A DNA stretch of 64,000 nt from Mobula hypostoma (lineage: Eukaryota): contig NC_086097.1 in the NCBI RefSeq assembly GCF_963921235.1, forward strand, positions 868,001 to 932,000. Direction: 5' to 3'. The notes beneath the pieces are model-generated. The model was given only the letters and a program-made list of their open reading frames with translations, ran no database searches and was not told the DNA's origin. How positions within the stretch are numbered: the first letter of the stretch is position 1; each line of letters starts with the position of its first letter. Below, in pieces: positions 38,201 to 54,000 of the stretch. The translations under genes and the position numbers were made by a program.

Positions 38201-41200
38201 CTCACTTCCTCGACCCTCATCAGCCCCTCACTGACCCCATCACCCCTCACTGACCCCATCAACCTCACCCCCTCACTGACCCTCATCAACCTCACCCCCT
38301 CAATGACCCTCATCAACCTCACCCCCTCACTGACCCTATCAACCTCAACTCCTCACTGACCCCATCAGGCCCTCACTGACCCATCAACCTCACCCCCTCA
38401 CTGACCCCATCAGCCCCTCACTGACCCCATCACCCCCTCACTGACCCTATCAACCTCAACACTCACTGACCCTCATCAACCTCACCCTCTCACTGACCCT
38501 CATCAACCTCACCCCCTCACTGACTCCATCAACCTCACCCCCTCACTGACCCCATCAGCCCCTCACTGACCCCATCACCCCCTCACTGACCCTATCAACC
38601 TCAACCCTCATCAACATCACCCTCTCACTGACCCCATCAACCTCACCCCCTCACTGACCCCATCACCCCCTCACTGACTCCATCAACCTCACCCCCTCAC
38701 TGACCCTCATCAACCTCACCCCCTCAATGACCCGCATCAACCTCACCCCCTCATTGACTCCATCAACCTCACCCCCTCACTGACCCCATCACCCCCTCAC
38801 AGACCCTCATCAACCTCACTCCCTCAACTGACCCTCAGCAACCTCACCCCCTCACTGAACCCATCAACCTCACCCTCACTGACCCCATCAACCTCACCCC
38901 CTCAATGACCCTCATCATCCTCACCCCCTCACTGACCCTATCAAACTCACCCCCTCACTGACCCCATCACCCCCTCACTGACCCAATCAGCCCCTCACTG
39001 ACCCTATCAACCTCACCCCCTCACTGACCCTCATCAACCTCACCCTCTCACTGTCCCCCATCAACCTCACCCCCTCACTGACCCCATCACCCCCTCACTG
39101 ACCCCATCAACCTCACACTCTCACTGACCCCATCACCCCCTCACTGACCCTCATCAACCTCACCCCTTCAATGACCCTTATCAACCTCACCCCCTCACTG
39201 ACCCCATCACCACCTCACAGACACTCATCAACCTCACCCCCTCACTGACCCCATCAACCTCACCCCCTCACTGACCCCATCACCCCCTCACTGACCCCAT
39301 CAACCTCACCCCCTCACTGACCTTCATCAACCTCACCCCCTCACTGACCCATCAACCTCACCCCCTCACTGACCCCATCACCCCTCACAGACCCACATCA
39401 ACCTCACCCCCTCACTGACCATATCAACCTCACCCCCTCAATGACCCTCATCAACCTCACCCCCTCACTGACCCCATCACCCCCTCACAGACCCTCATCA
39501 ACCTCACCCCCTCACAGACCCTCATCAACCTCACCCTCTCACGGACCCCATCACCCCTTCACTGACCCCATCAACCTCACCCCCTCAACAGACCCTCATC
39601 AACCTCACCCTCTCACGGACCCCATCACCCCTTCACTGACCCCATCAACCTCACCCCCTCAATGACCCTCATCAACCTAACCCCCTCACGGACCCTATCA
39701 ACCTCACCCCCTCACTGACCCTCATCAACCTCACCCTCACTGACCCCCATCAACCTCACCCCCTCACTGACCCCATCACCCCTCACTGACCCCATCAACC
39801 TCACACTCTCACTGACCCCATCAGCCCCTCACTGACCAATCAACCTCGCCCCCTCACTGACCCCATCAGCCCCTCACTGACCCCATCACCCCCTCACTGA
39901 CCCCATCTGACCCTCAATGACCCTATCAACCTCACCCCCTCACTGACACATCAACCTCACCCCCTCACTGACCCTATCAACCTCACTTCCTCACTGACCC
40001 TCATCAGCCCCTCACTGACCCCATCACCCCTCACTGACCCCATCAACCTCACCCCCTCACTGACCCTCATCAACCTCACCCCCTCAATGACCCTCATCAA
40101 CCTCACCCCCTCACTGACCCTATCAACCTCAACTCCTCACTGACCCCATCAGGCCCTCACTGACCCATCAACCTCACCCCCTCACTGACCCCATCAGCCC
40201 CTCACTGACCCCATCACCCCCTCACTGACCCTATCAACCTCAACACTCACTGACCCTCATCAACCTCACCCTCTCACTGACCCTCATCAACCTCACCCCC
40301 TCACTGACTCCATCAACCTCACCCCCTCACTGACCCCATCACCCCCTCACTGACCCTATCAACCTCAACCCTCATCAACATCACCCTCTCACTGACCCCA
40401 TCAACTTCACCCCCTCACTGACCCCATCACCCCCTCACTGACTCCATCAACCTCACCCCCTCACTGACACTCATCAACCTCACCCCCTCAATGACCCGCA
40501 TCAACCTCACCCCCTCATTGACTCCATCAACCTCACCCCCTCACTGACCCCATCACCCCCTCACAGACCCTCATCAACCTCACCCCCTCAACTGACCCTC
40601 AGCAACCTCACCCCCTCACTGAACCCATCAACCTCACCCTCACTGACCCCATCAACCTCACCCCCTCAATGACCCTCATCATCCTCACCCCCTCACTGAC
40701 CCTATCAAACTCACCCCCTCACTGACCCCATCACCCCCTCACTGACCCAATCAGCCCCTCACTGACCCTATCAACCTCACCCCCTCACTGACCCTCATCA
40801 ACCTCACCCTCTCACTGTCCCCCATCAACCTCACCCCCTCACTGACCCCATCACCCCCTCACTGACCCCATCAACCTCACACTCTCACTGACCCCATCAC
40901 CCCCTCACTGACCCTCATCAACCTCACCCCTTCAATGACCCTTATCAACCTCACCCCCTCACTGACCCCATCACCACCTCACAGACACTCATCAACCTCA
41001 CCCCCTCACTGACCCCATCAACCTCACCCCCTCACTGACCCCATCACCCCCTCACTGACCCCATCAACCTCACCCCCTCAATGACCTTCATCAACCTCAC
41101 CCCCTCACTGACTCCATCAACCTCACCCCCTCACTGACCCCATCACCACCTCACAGACCCACATCAACCTCACCCCCTCACTGACCATATCAACCTCACC

Positions 41201-44200
41201 CCCTCAATGACCCTCATCAACCTCACCCCCTCACTGACCCCATCACCCCCTCACAGACCCTCATCAACCTCACCCCCTCACAGACCCTCATCAACCTCAC
41301 CCTCTCACGGACCCCATCACCCCTTCACTGACCCCATCAACCTCACCCCCTCACTGACCCCATCAGCCCCTCACTGACCCCATCACCCCCTCACTGACCC
41401 TATCAACCTCAACACTCACTGACCCTCATCAACCTCACCCTCTCACTGACCCTCATCAACCTCACCCCCTCACTGACTCCATCAACCTCACCCCCTCACT
41501 GACCCCATCAGCCCCTCACTGACCCCATCACCCCCTCACTGACCCTATCAACCTCAACCCTCACTGAACCTCATCAACATCACCCTCTCACTGACCCCAT
41601 CACCCCCTCACTGACTCCATCAACCTCACCTCCTCACTGACCCTCATCAACCTCACCCCCTCAATGACCCTCATCAACCTCACCCCCTCAACTGACCCTC
41701 ATCAACCTCACCCCCTCACTGACCCATCAACCTCACCCCCTCACTAACCCTCATTAACCTCACCCTCACTGACCCCCATCAACCTCACCCCTCACTGACC
41801 CCATCACCCCCTCGCTGACCCCATCAACCTCACCCCCTCACTAACCCTCATTAACCTCACCCTCACTGACCCCCATCAACCTCACCCCTCACTGACCCCA
41901 TCACCCCCTCACTGACCCCATCAACCTCACACTCTCACTGACCCCATCAGCCCCTCACTGACCCATCAACCTCACCCCCTCACTGACCCCATCAGCCCCT
42001 CACTGACCCCATCACCCCCTCACTGACCCCATCTGACCCTCACTGACCCTATCAACCTCAACCCCTCACTGACCCCATCAGCCCCTCACTGACCCCATCA
42101 ACCTCACCCCCTCACTGACCCTCATCAACCTCACCCTCTCACTGACCCCATCACCCCCTCATTGACCCAATCAACCTCACCCCCTCACTGACTCCATCAA
42201 CCTCTCCCCCTCACTGACCCCATCACCCCCTCACAGACCCTCATCAACCTCACCCCCTCAACTGACCCTCAGCAACCTCACCGTCTCACTGACCCCATCA
42301 GCCTCACCCCCTCAATGACCCTCATCAACCTCACCCCCTCACTGACCCTATCAACCTCACCCCCTCACTGACCCTCATCAACCTCATCCCCTCACTGACC
42401 CTATCAACCTCACCCGCTCACTGACCCTCATCAACCTCACCCTCACTGAGCCCCATCAACCTCACCCCCTCACTGACCCTCATCAACCTCACCACCTCAC
42501 TGACTCCATCATCCTCACCACCTCACAGACCCTCATCAACCTCACCCTCACTGACCCCCATCAACCTCACCCCTCACTGACCCCATCAACCTCACACTCT
42601 CACTGACCCCATCAGCCCCTCACTGACCCCATCACCCCCTCACTGACCCCATCAAACTCACTTCCTCACTGAACCCATCGCCCCCTCACTGACCCCATCA
42701 AACTCACCCCCTCACTGACCCTCATCAACCTCACCCCCTCAACTGACCCTCATCAACCTCACCCTCTCACTGATCCCATCAACCTCACCCACTCAATGAC
42801 CCTCATCAACCTCACCCCCTCAATGACCCTCATCAACTTCACCCCCTCAACTGACCCTCATCAACCTCACCCTCTCACTGACCCATCAACCTCACCCCTC
42901 ACTAACCCTCATTAACCTCACCCTCACTGATCCCCATCAACCTCACCCCTCACTGACCCCATCACCCCCTCGCTGACCCCATCAACCTCACACTCTCACT
43001 GACCCCATCAGCCCCTCACTGACCCATCAACCTCACCCCCTCACTGACCCCATCAGCCCCTCACTGACCCCCTCACCCCCTCACTGACCCCATCTGACCC
43101 TCACTGACCCTATCAACCTCACCCCCTCACTGACCTCATCAGCCCCTCATTGACCCAATCAACCTCACCCCCTCACTGACCCCATCACCCCCTCACAGAC
43201 CCTCATCAACCTCACCCCCTCAACTGACCCTCAGCAACCTCACCCTCTGACTGACCCCATCAACCTGACCCCCTCACTGACCCCATCAACCTCACCCCCT
43301 CACTGACCCCATCAACCTCACCGTCTCACTGACCGCATCACCCCTCACTGACCCCATCAACCTCACCCCCTCACTGACCCCATCAACCTGACCCCCTCAA
43401 TGACCCTCATCAACCTCACCCCCACACTGACCCTATCAACCTCACCCCCTCACTGACCCTCATCAACCTCATCCCCTCACTGACCCTATCAACCTCACCC
43501 ATTCACTGACCCTCATCAACCTCACCCTCACTGAGCCCCATCAACCTCACCCCCTCACTGACCCCATCAGCCCCTCACTGACCCCATCAACCTCACCCCC
43601 TCACTCACCCCCATCAACCTCACCTCCTCACTGACCCTATCAACCTCACCCCCTCACTAACCCCATCAGACCCTCACTGACCCCATCAACCTCACCCCCT
43701 CACTCACCCCCATCAACCTCACCTCCTCACTGACCCTATCACTCCCTCACTGACCCCATCACCCCCTCACTGACCCCATCAACCTCACACTCTCACTGAC
43801 CCTATCAGCTCCTCACTGACCCATCAACCTCACCCCCTCACTGACCCTATCAACCTCACCCCCTCACTGACCCTCATCAACCTCACCCTCACTGACCCCC
43901 ATCAACCTCACCCACTGACCCATCAACCTCACCCCCTCACTGACCCCATCAGCCCCTCACTGACCCCATCACCCCCTCACTGACCCTATCAACCTCACCC
44001 CCTCACTGACCCCATCAGCCCCTCACTGACCCCATCAACCTCACCCCCTCACTGACCCCCATCAACCTCAGCATCTCACTGACCCTATCACCCCCTCACT
44101 GACCCTATCAACCTCACCTCCTCACTGACCTCATCAACCTCACCCTCTCACTGACCCTATCAAACTCACCCCCGCACTGACGCCATCAACCTCAACCCCT

Positions 44201-47200
44201 CACTGACCCTATCAACCTCACTTCCTCACTGACCCTCATCAGCCCCTCACTGACCCCATCACCCCTCACTGACCCCATCAACCTCACCCCCTCACTGACC
44301 CTCATCAACCTCACCCCCTCAATGACCCTCATCAACCTCACCCCCTCACTGACCCTATCAACATCAACTCCTCACTGACCCCATCAGGCCCTCACTGACC
44401 CATCAACCTCACCCCCTCACTGACCCCATCAGCCCCTCACTGACCCCATCACCCCCTCACTGACCCTATCAACCTCAACACTCACTGACCCTCATCAACC
44501 TCACCCTCTCACTGACCCTCATCAACCTCACCCCCTCACTGACTCCATCAACCTCACCCCCTCACTGACCCCATCAGCCCCTCACTGACCCCATCACCCC
44601 CTCACTGACCCTATCAACCTCAACCCTCATCAACATCACCCTCTCACTGACCCCATCAACTTCACCCCCTCACTGACCCCATCACCCCCTCACTGACCCC
44701 ATCAACCTCACCCCCTCACTGACCCTCATCATCACCTACCCCTCACTGACCCTCATCACCCCCTCAATGACCCGCATCCCTCACCCCCTCATTGACTCCA
44801 TCAACCTCACCCCCTCACTGACCCCATCACCCCCTCACAGACCCTCATCAACCTCACCCCCTCAACTGACCCTCAGCAACCTCACCCCCTCACTGAACCC
44901 ATCAACCTCACCCTCACTGACCCCATCAACCTCACCCCCTCAATGACCCTCATCAACCTCACCCCCTCACTGACCCTATCAACCTCACCCCCTCACTGAC
45001 CCCATCACCCCCTCACTGACCCCATCACCCCCTCACTGACCCTATCAACCTCACCCCCTCACTGACCCTAATCAACCTCACCCTCTCACTGACCCCCATC
45101 AAACTCATGCCCTCACTGACCCTCATCAACCTCACCCTCACTGACCCTCAGACCCTCATCAACCTCACCCCCTCACTGACCCTATCAACCTCACCCCCTC
45201 ACTGACCCTCATCAACCTCACCCCCTCAATGACCCTCATCAACCTCACCCCCTCACTGACCCCATCACCCCCTCACTGACCCCATCAACCTCACCCCCTC
45301 ACTGACCCTCATCAACCTCACCCCCTCACTGACCCTCATCAACCTCACCCCCTCACTGACCCTCATCAACCTCACCCCCTCACTGACCCTATCAACCTCA
45401 CCCCTCACTGACCCCATCAACCTCACCCCCTCACTGACCCTCATCAACCTCACCCCCTCACTGACCCTCATCAACCTCACCCCCTCACAGACCCCATCAA
45501 CCCCTCACAGACCCTCATCAATCTCACCCCCTCAACTGACCGTCATCAACCTCACCCTCTCACTGACCCCATCACCCCCTCACTGACCCCATCAACTTCA
45601 CCCCCTCAATGACCCTCATCAACCTCACCCCCTCACTGACCCCATCAACCTCACCCCCTCACTGACCCTCATCAACCTCACCCCCTCACTGACCCATCAA
45701 CCTCAACCCCTCACTGACCCTATCAACCTCACCCCCTCACTGACCCTCATCAACCTCACCCTCACTGACCCCCATCAACCTCACCCTCTCACTGACCCCA
45801 TCACCCCCTCACTGACCCTCATCAACCTCACCCCCTCACTGACCCTATCAACCTCACCCCCTCACTGACCCTCATCAACCTCACCCCCTCACTGACCCCA
45901 TCAACCCCTCACTGACCCCATCAACCTCACCCCCTCACTGACCCCCATCAACCTCACCCTCTCACTGACCCTATCACCCCCTCACTGACCCTCATCAACC
46001 TCACCCCCTCACTGACCCTCATCAACCTCACCCCCTCACTGACCCCATCAACCTCACCCCCTCACTGACCCTCATCAACCTCACCCCCTCACTGACCCTC
46101 ATCAACCTCACCCCCTCACTGACCCCATCAGCCCCTCACTGACCCCATCAACACCTCACTGACCCTATCAACCTCACCCCCTCACTGACCCTCATCAACC
46201 TCACCCTCTCAATGACCCTCATCAACCTCACCCCCTCACTGACCCTATCAACCTCACCCCCTCACTGACCCTCATCAACCTCACCCCCTCACTGACCCCC
46301 ATCAACCTCACCCCCTCACTGACCCCATCACCCCCTCACTGACCCCATCAACCTCACACTCTCACTGACCCCATCAGCCCCTCACTGACCCCATCAACCT
46401 CACCCCCTCACTGACCCTCATCAACCTCACCCTCACTGACCCCCATCAACCTCACCCTCTCACTGACCCCATCACGCCCTCACTGACCCTCATCAACCTC
46501 ACCCCCTCACTGACCCTATCAACCTCACCCCCTCACTGACCCTCATCAACCTCACCCCCTCACTGACCCCATCAACCTCACCCCCTCACTGACCCTCATC
46601 AACCTCACCCCCTCACTGACTCCAACAACCTCACCCCCTCACTGACCCCATCACCCCCTCACTGACCCTCATCAACCTCACCCCCTCAACTGACCCTCAT
46701 CAACCTCACCCCCTCACTGACCCTATCAACCTCACCTCCTCACTGACCCTCATCAAGCTCACCCCCTCACTGACCCCATCAACCTCACCCCCTCAATGAC
46801 CCTCATCAACCTCACCCCCTCACTGACCCTATCAACCTCACCTCCTCACCGACCCTCATCAACCTCACCCTCACTGACCCCCATGAACCTCACCCCTCAC
46901 TGACCCCATCACCCCCTCACTCACCCTATCAACCTCACCCCCTCAATGACCCTCATCAACCACACCCCCTCACTGACTCCATCAACCTCACTCCTCACTG
47001 ACCCCATCACCCCCTCACAGACCCTCATCAACCTCACCCCCTCAACTGACCCTCATCAACCTCACCCCCTCACTGACCCTATCAACCTCACCCCCTCACT
47101 GACCCCATCAACCTCACCCCCTCAGTGACCCTCATCAACCTCACCCCCTCTCTGACCCTATCAACCTCACCCCCTCACTGACCCTCATCAACCTCACCCT

Positions 47201-50200
47201 CACTGATCCCCATCAACCTCACCCCCTCACTGACCCTCATGAACCTCACCCTCACTGACCCCATCAGCCCCTCACTGACCCATCAACCTCACCCCCTCAC
47301 TGACCCCCATCAGCCCCTCACTGACTCCATCACCCCCTCACTGACCCCATCTGACCCTCACTGACCCTATCAACCTCATCCCCTCACTGACCCCATCAGC
47401 CCCTCACTGACCCCATCAACCTCACCCCCTCACTGACCCCAACAACCTCACCTTCTCTCTGACCCCATCAACATCACCCCCCATGACCCTCATCAACCTC
47501 ACCCCCTCACTGACCCATCAACCTCACCCCCTCACTGACCCTCATCAACCTCACCCTCACTGACCCCCATCAACCTCACCCTCACTGACCCCATCACCCT
47601 CTCACTGACCCCATCACCCCCTCACTGACCCTATCAACCTCACCCCCTCACTGACCCTCTTCAACCTCACCCTCTCACTGTCCCCCATCAACCTCACCCC
47701 CTCACTGACCCCATCACCCCCTCACTGACCCCATCAACCTCACCCCCTCACTGACCCTCATCAACCTCACCCCCTCAATGACCCTCATCAATCTCACCCC
47801 CACACTGACTCCATCAACCTCACCCCCTCAACAGACCCTCATCAACCTCACCCCCTCACTGACCCCATCAACCTCACCCCCTCACTGACCCCATCACCCC
47901 CTCACAGACCCTCATCAACCTCACCACCTCACTGACCCCATCAACCTCACCCCCTCACTGACCCTATCAACTCACCTCCTCACCGACCCTCATCTACCTC
48001 ACCCTCACTGACCCCCATGAACCTCACCCCCCCCAATGACCCCATCACCCCCTCACTGACCCTATCAACCTCACCCCTCAATGACCCTCATCAACCTCAC
48101 CCCCTCACTGACTCCATCAACCTCACCCCCTCACAGACCCGCATCAACCTCACCCCCTCAACAGACCCTCATCAACCTCACCCTCTCACTGACCCCATCA
48201 CCCCCTCACTGACCCCATCAACCTCACCCCCTCAATGACCCTCATCAATCTCACCCCCTCACTGACCCTATCAACCTCACCACCTCACTCACCCCCATCA
48301 ACCTCACCCCCTCACTGACCCCATCACCCCCTCACTAACCCCATCAACCTCGCACTCTCACTGACCCCATCAGTCCCTCACTGACCCATCAACCTCACTC
48401 CCTCACTGACCCCATCAGCCCCTCACTGACCCCATCACCCCCTCACTGACCGCATCTGACCCTCACTGACCCTATCAACCTCACGCCCTCACTGACCCCA
48501 TCAGCCCCTCACTGACCCCATCAACCACACCCCCTTACTCACCCTCATCAACCTCTGCTCCTCACTGTCCCTATCAACCTCACCTCCTCACTGACCCCAT
48601 CAACCTCACCCTCTCACTGACCCTATCATCCTCACCCCCTCACTGACCCCATCAACCTCACCCCCTCAATGACCCTCATCAACCTCACCCCCTCACTGAC
48701 CCATCAACCTCAACCCTCACCTCACCCCTCACTGACCCTCATCAACCTCACCCCCTCACTACCCCATCAACCTCACCCCCTCACTGACCCTATCACCCAC
48801 TCCTCCCATCAACCTCACCCCTCACTGACCCCATCAACCTCACCCTCACTGACCCCATAACCTCACCCCTCACTGACCCCATCACCCCCTCACTGACCCC
48901 ATCAACCTCACCCCCTCACTGACCCTCATCAACCTCACCCCCTCACTGACCCTATCAACCTCACCCCCTCACTGACCCTCATCAACCTCACCCCCTCACT
49001 GACCCATCAACCTCACCCCCTCACTGACCCCATCAACCTCACCCCCTCACTGACCCTATCAACCTCACCCCCTCACTGACCCCATCAACCTCACCCTCTC
49101 ACTGACCCCATCAACCTCACCCCCTCACTGACCCCATCAACCTCACCCCCTCACTGACCCTATCAACCTCACCCCCTCAACTGACCCTCATCAACCTCAC
49201 CCCCTCACTGACCCTATCAACCTCACCTCCTCACTGACCCATCAACCTCACCCCCTCACTGACCCCATCAACCTCACCCCCTCACTGACCCCATCAACCT
49301 CACCCCCTCACTGACCCTCATCAACCTCACCCCCTCACTGACCCATCAACCTCACCCCCTCACTGACCCTATCAACCTCACCCCCTCACTGACCCTCATC
49401 AACCTCACCCCCTCACTGACCCTCATCAACCTCACCCCCTCACTGACCCCATCACCCCCTCACTGACCCTCATCAACCTCACCCCCTCACTGACCCTCAT
49501 CAACCTCACCCCCTCACTGACCCCATCACCCCCTCACTGACCCTCATCAACCTCACCCCCTCACTGACCCCATCAACCTCACCCCCTCACTGACCCCATC
49601 ACCCCCTCACTGACCCTCATCAACCTCACCCCCTCACTGACCCTCATCAACCTCACCCCCTCACTGACCCCATCAACCTCACCCCCTCACTGACCCTCAT
49701 CAACCTCACCCCCTCACTGACCCTATCAACCTCACCCCCTCACTGACCCTCATCAACCTCACCCCCTCACTGACCCTATCAACCTCACCCCCTCACTGAC
49801 CCTCATCAACCTCACCCTCACTGACCCCATCAACCTCACCCCCTCACTGACCCCATCACCCCCTCACTGACCCTATCAACCTCACCCCCTCACTGACCCC
49901 ATCAACCTCACCCCCTCACTGACCCCATCAACCTCACCCCCTCACTGACCCCATCAACCTCACCCCCTCACTGACCCTCATCAACCTCACCCCCTCACTG
50001 ACCCTATCAACCTCACCCCCTCACTGACCCCATCAACCTCACCCCCTCACTGACCCTCATCAACCTCACCCCCTCACTGACCCCATCACCCCCTCACTGA
50101 CCCTCATCAACCTCACCCCCTCACTGACCCTATCAACCTCACCCCCTCACTGACCCCATCACCCCCTCACTGACCCCATCAACCTCACCCCCTCACTGAC

Positions 50201-51000
50201 CCCATCACCCCCTCACTGACCCCATCAACCTCACCCCCTCACTGACCCTATCAACCTCACCCCCTCACTGACCCATCAACCTCACCCCTCACTGACCCCA
50301 TCAACCTCACCCCCTCACTGACCCTCATCAACCTCACCCCCTCACTGACCCCATCACCCCCTCACTGACCCCATCAACCTCACCCCCTCACTGACCCCAT
50401 CAACCTCACCCCCTCACTGACCCCATCACCCCCTCACTGACCCCATCAACCTCACCCCCTCACTGACCCCATCAACCTCACCCCCTCACTGACCCCATCA
50501 ACCTCACCCCCTCACTGACCCTATCAACCTCACCCCCTCACTGACCCTCATCAACCTCACCCCCTCACTGACCCCATCAACCTCACCCCCTCACTGACCC
50601 CATCAACCTCACCCCCTCACTGACCCTCATCAACCTCACCCCCTCACTGACCCCATCACCCCCTCACTGACCCCATCAACCTCCCCTCACTGACCCATCA
50701 TCAACCTCACCCCCTCAACCTCACCCCCTCACTGACCCCATCACCCCCTCACTGACCCATCAACCTCACCCCCCCTCACCCACTGACCCTCATAAACCTC
50801 ACACCCTCACTGACCCCATCACCCCCTCACTGACCCTCATCAACCTCACACTCTCACTGACCCCATCAGCCCCTCACTGACCCCATCAACCTCACTCCCT
50901 CAATGACCCTCATCAACCCCACCCCCTCACTCACTCCATCAACCTCACCTCCTCACTGACTCTATCACCCCCTCACTGACCACATTAAACTCACCTCCTC
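11240..51000. repeat. Satellite A: ~40 kb C-rich array of interspersed 20-, 26- and 27-bp variant units
   Basis: Units ctcactgaccccatcacccc (20), ctcactgaccccatcaacctcacccc (26) and ctcactgaccctcatcaacctcacccc (27) repeat continuously, with no transposon insertion visible. Confidence 0.98.
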
Positions 51001-51049
51001 ACTTACTCCCATCACTTCCCAACCCCCTCCCCAACACCACTAGACTACC

Positions 51050-54000
51050 TGAGCAACACACCCCACACTGACCCTGAACACCATCACTCTCCACCCCCAT
51101 ATTGACCCCATCACTCCCCAAACCCACACTGACCCTGAACCCCATCACTCCCCACCCCCACACTGATCCTGAACCCCATCACACCCCACCCCCATACTGA
51201 CCCCATCACTCCCCAACCCCACACAGACCCCATCACTCCCCAACCCCACACTGACCCCATCACTCCCCACCCCCACACTGACCCTGAACCCCATCACTCC
51301 CCACCCCCATACTGACCCCATCACTCCCCACCCCCACACTGACCCTGAACCCCATCACTCCCCACCCCCACACTAATCCCATACCTCACTACCCCCATAC
51401 TGACCCCATCACACGCCGCCCCCACACTGACCCTGCACCCCATCACTCCCCACCCCCCAAACTGACCCTGAACCCCATCACTCCCCACCCCCATACTGAC
51501 CACATCACTACCCAACCCGCACACCGACCCTGAACACCATCATTCCCCACCCTCCAAACTGACCCTGAACCCCATCACTCCCCACCCCCATACTGACCCC
51601 ATCACTACCCAACCGGCACACCGACCCTGAACCCCATCATTCCCCACACCCACACTGACCCCATCACTCCCCACCCCAACACTGACCCTGCACCCCATCA
51701 CTCCCCACCCCCATACTGACCCCATCACTCCCAAACCCCACACTGCCCCTGAACCCATCATTCCCCACCCCCACACTGACCCTGAACCCCATCAATCCCC
51801 ACCCCGATACTGACCCCATCACTCCCCAACCCCACACTACCCCTGAACCCCATTCCTCCCCACCCCTATACTGACCCCATCACTCCCCACCCCCCTCACT
51901 GACCCTGCACCCCATCACACCCCACCCCCATACTGACCCCATCACTCCCCACCCCCACACTGACCCCATCACTCCCCACCCCCATACTGACCCCATCACT
52001 CCCCACACCCACACTGACCCCATCATTCCCCAACCCCAAACTGACCCTGAACCCCATCACTCCCCACATCCACACTGACCTCATCACTCCCCAACCCCAC
52101 ATTGACCCTGAACACCATCACTCCCCACACCCACACTGACCCCATCACTCCGCGCCCCCATTCTGACCCTGAACCCCTCACTTCCCACCCCCACACTGAC
52201 CCCATCACTCCCACCCCCACATTGACCCCATCACTCCCCACCCCCACATTGACCTCATCACTACCCACCCCTATACTAACACTGAACCCCATCTCACCCC
52301 ACCCCCACACTGACGCTGAACCCCATCACTCCCACCCCAATACTGACCCCATCACTCCCCGCCCCCATTCTGACCCTGAACCCCATCACTCCCCACCCCC
52401 AAACTGACCCTGAACTCCATCACTCCCCACCCCCATACTGACCCCATCACTACCCAACCCGCACACCGACCCTGAACCCCATCATTCCCCACAGCCACAC
52501 TGACCCCATCACTCTCCACCCCCACAATGACCCCATCACTCCCCACCCACATACTGACCCCATCACTCCCAAACCCCACACTGCTCCTGACCCCATCACT
52601 CCCCACCCCCACACTGACCCTGAACCCCATCAATCCCCACCCCCATACTGACCCCATCACTCCCCAACCCCACACTACCCCTGAACCCCATTCCTCCCCA
52701 CCCCTATACTGACCCCGTCACTACCCACCTCCCTCACTGACCCTGCACCCCATCACACCCCACCCCCATACTGACCCCATCACTCCCCACCCCCACACTG
52801 ACCCCATCACTCCCCATCCCCATACTGACCCTGAACCCCATCACTCCCCACTCCCATACTGACCCCATCACTCCCCACCCCACACTGACCCTGAACCCCA
52901 TCACTCCCCACATCCACACTGACCCCATCACTCCCACCCCCACATTGACCCCATCACTCCCCACCCCAATACTGACCCCATCACTCCCCGCCCCCATTCT
53001 GACCCTGAACCTCACCACTCCCCACCCCCACACTAATCCCATACCTCACCACCCCCATACTGACCCCATCACACGCTGCCCCCACACTGACCCTGAACCC
53101 CATCACTCCCCACCCCCATACTGACCCCATCACTACCCAACCCGCACACCGACCCTGAACCCCATCATTCCCCACACCCACACTGACCCCATCACTCCCC
53201 ACCCCCACACTGACCCCATCACTCCCCACCCCCATACTGACCCCATCACTCCCCAACCCCACACTGCTCCTGAACCCCATCACTCCCCACCCCCACACTG
53301 ACCCTGAACCCCATCAATCCCCACCCCCATACTGACCCCATCACTCCCCAACCCCACACTACCCGTGAACCCCATTACTCCCCACCCCTATACTGACCCC
53401 ATCACTCCCCACCCCCCTCACTGACCCTGAACCCCATCACTCCCCACCCCCATACTGACCCCATCACTCCCCACCCCCACACTGACCCCATCACTCCCCA
53501 CCCCCATACTGACCCCATCACTCCCCACCCCCACACTGACCCCATCACTCCCCACCCCCATACTGACCCCATCACTCCCCACACCAATACTGACCCCATC
53601 ACTCCCCAACCCCAAACTGACCCTGAACCCCATCACTCCCCACATCCACACTGACCTCATCACTCCCCAACCCCACACTGACCCTGAACACCACCACTCC
53701 CCACACCCACACTGACCCCATCACTCCGCGCCCCCATTCTGACCCTGAACCCCTCACTTCCCACCCCCACACTGACCCCATCACTCCCACCCCCACATTG
53801 ACCCCATCACTCCCCACCCCCACACTGACCTCATCACTACCCACCCCTATACTAACCCTGAACCCCATCACTCCCCACCCCCACACTGACGCTGAACCCC
53901 ATCACTCCCCACCCCCATACTGACCCCATCACTCCCCAACCCCCACACTGACCCTGAACCCCATCACTCCCCACCCCCACACTGACCCCATCACTCCCCA

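Noticed and set aside
11240..51000. True or interstitial telomere array
   Set aside because: There are no tandem (CCCTAA)n runs, only isolated cctaac variants and single CCCTCA hexamers within longer units.
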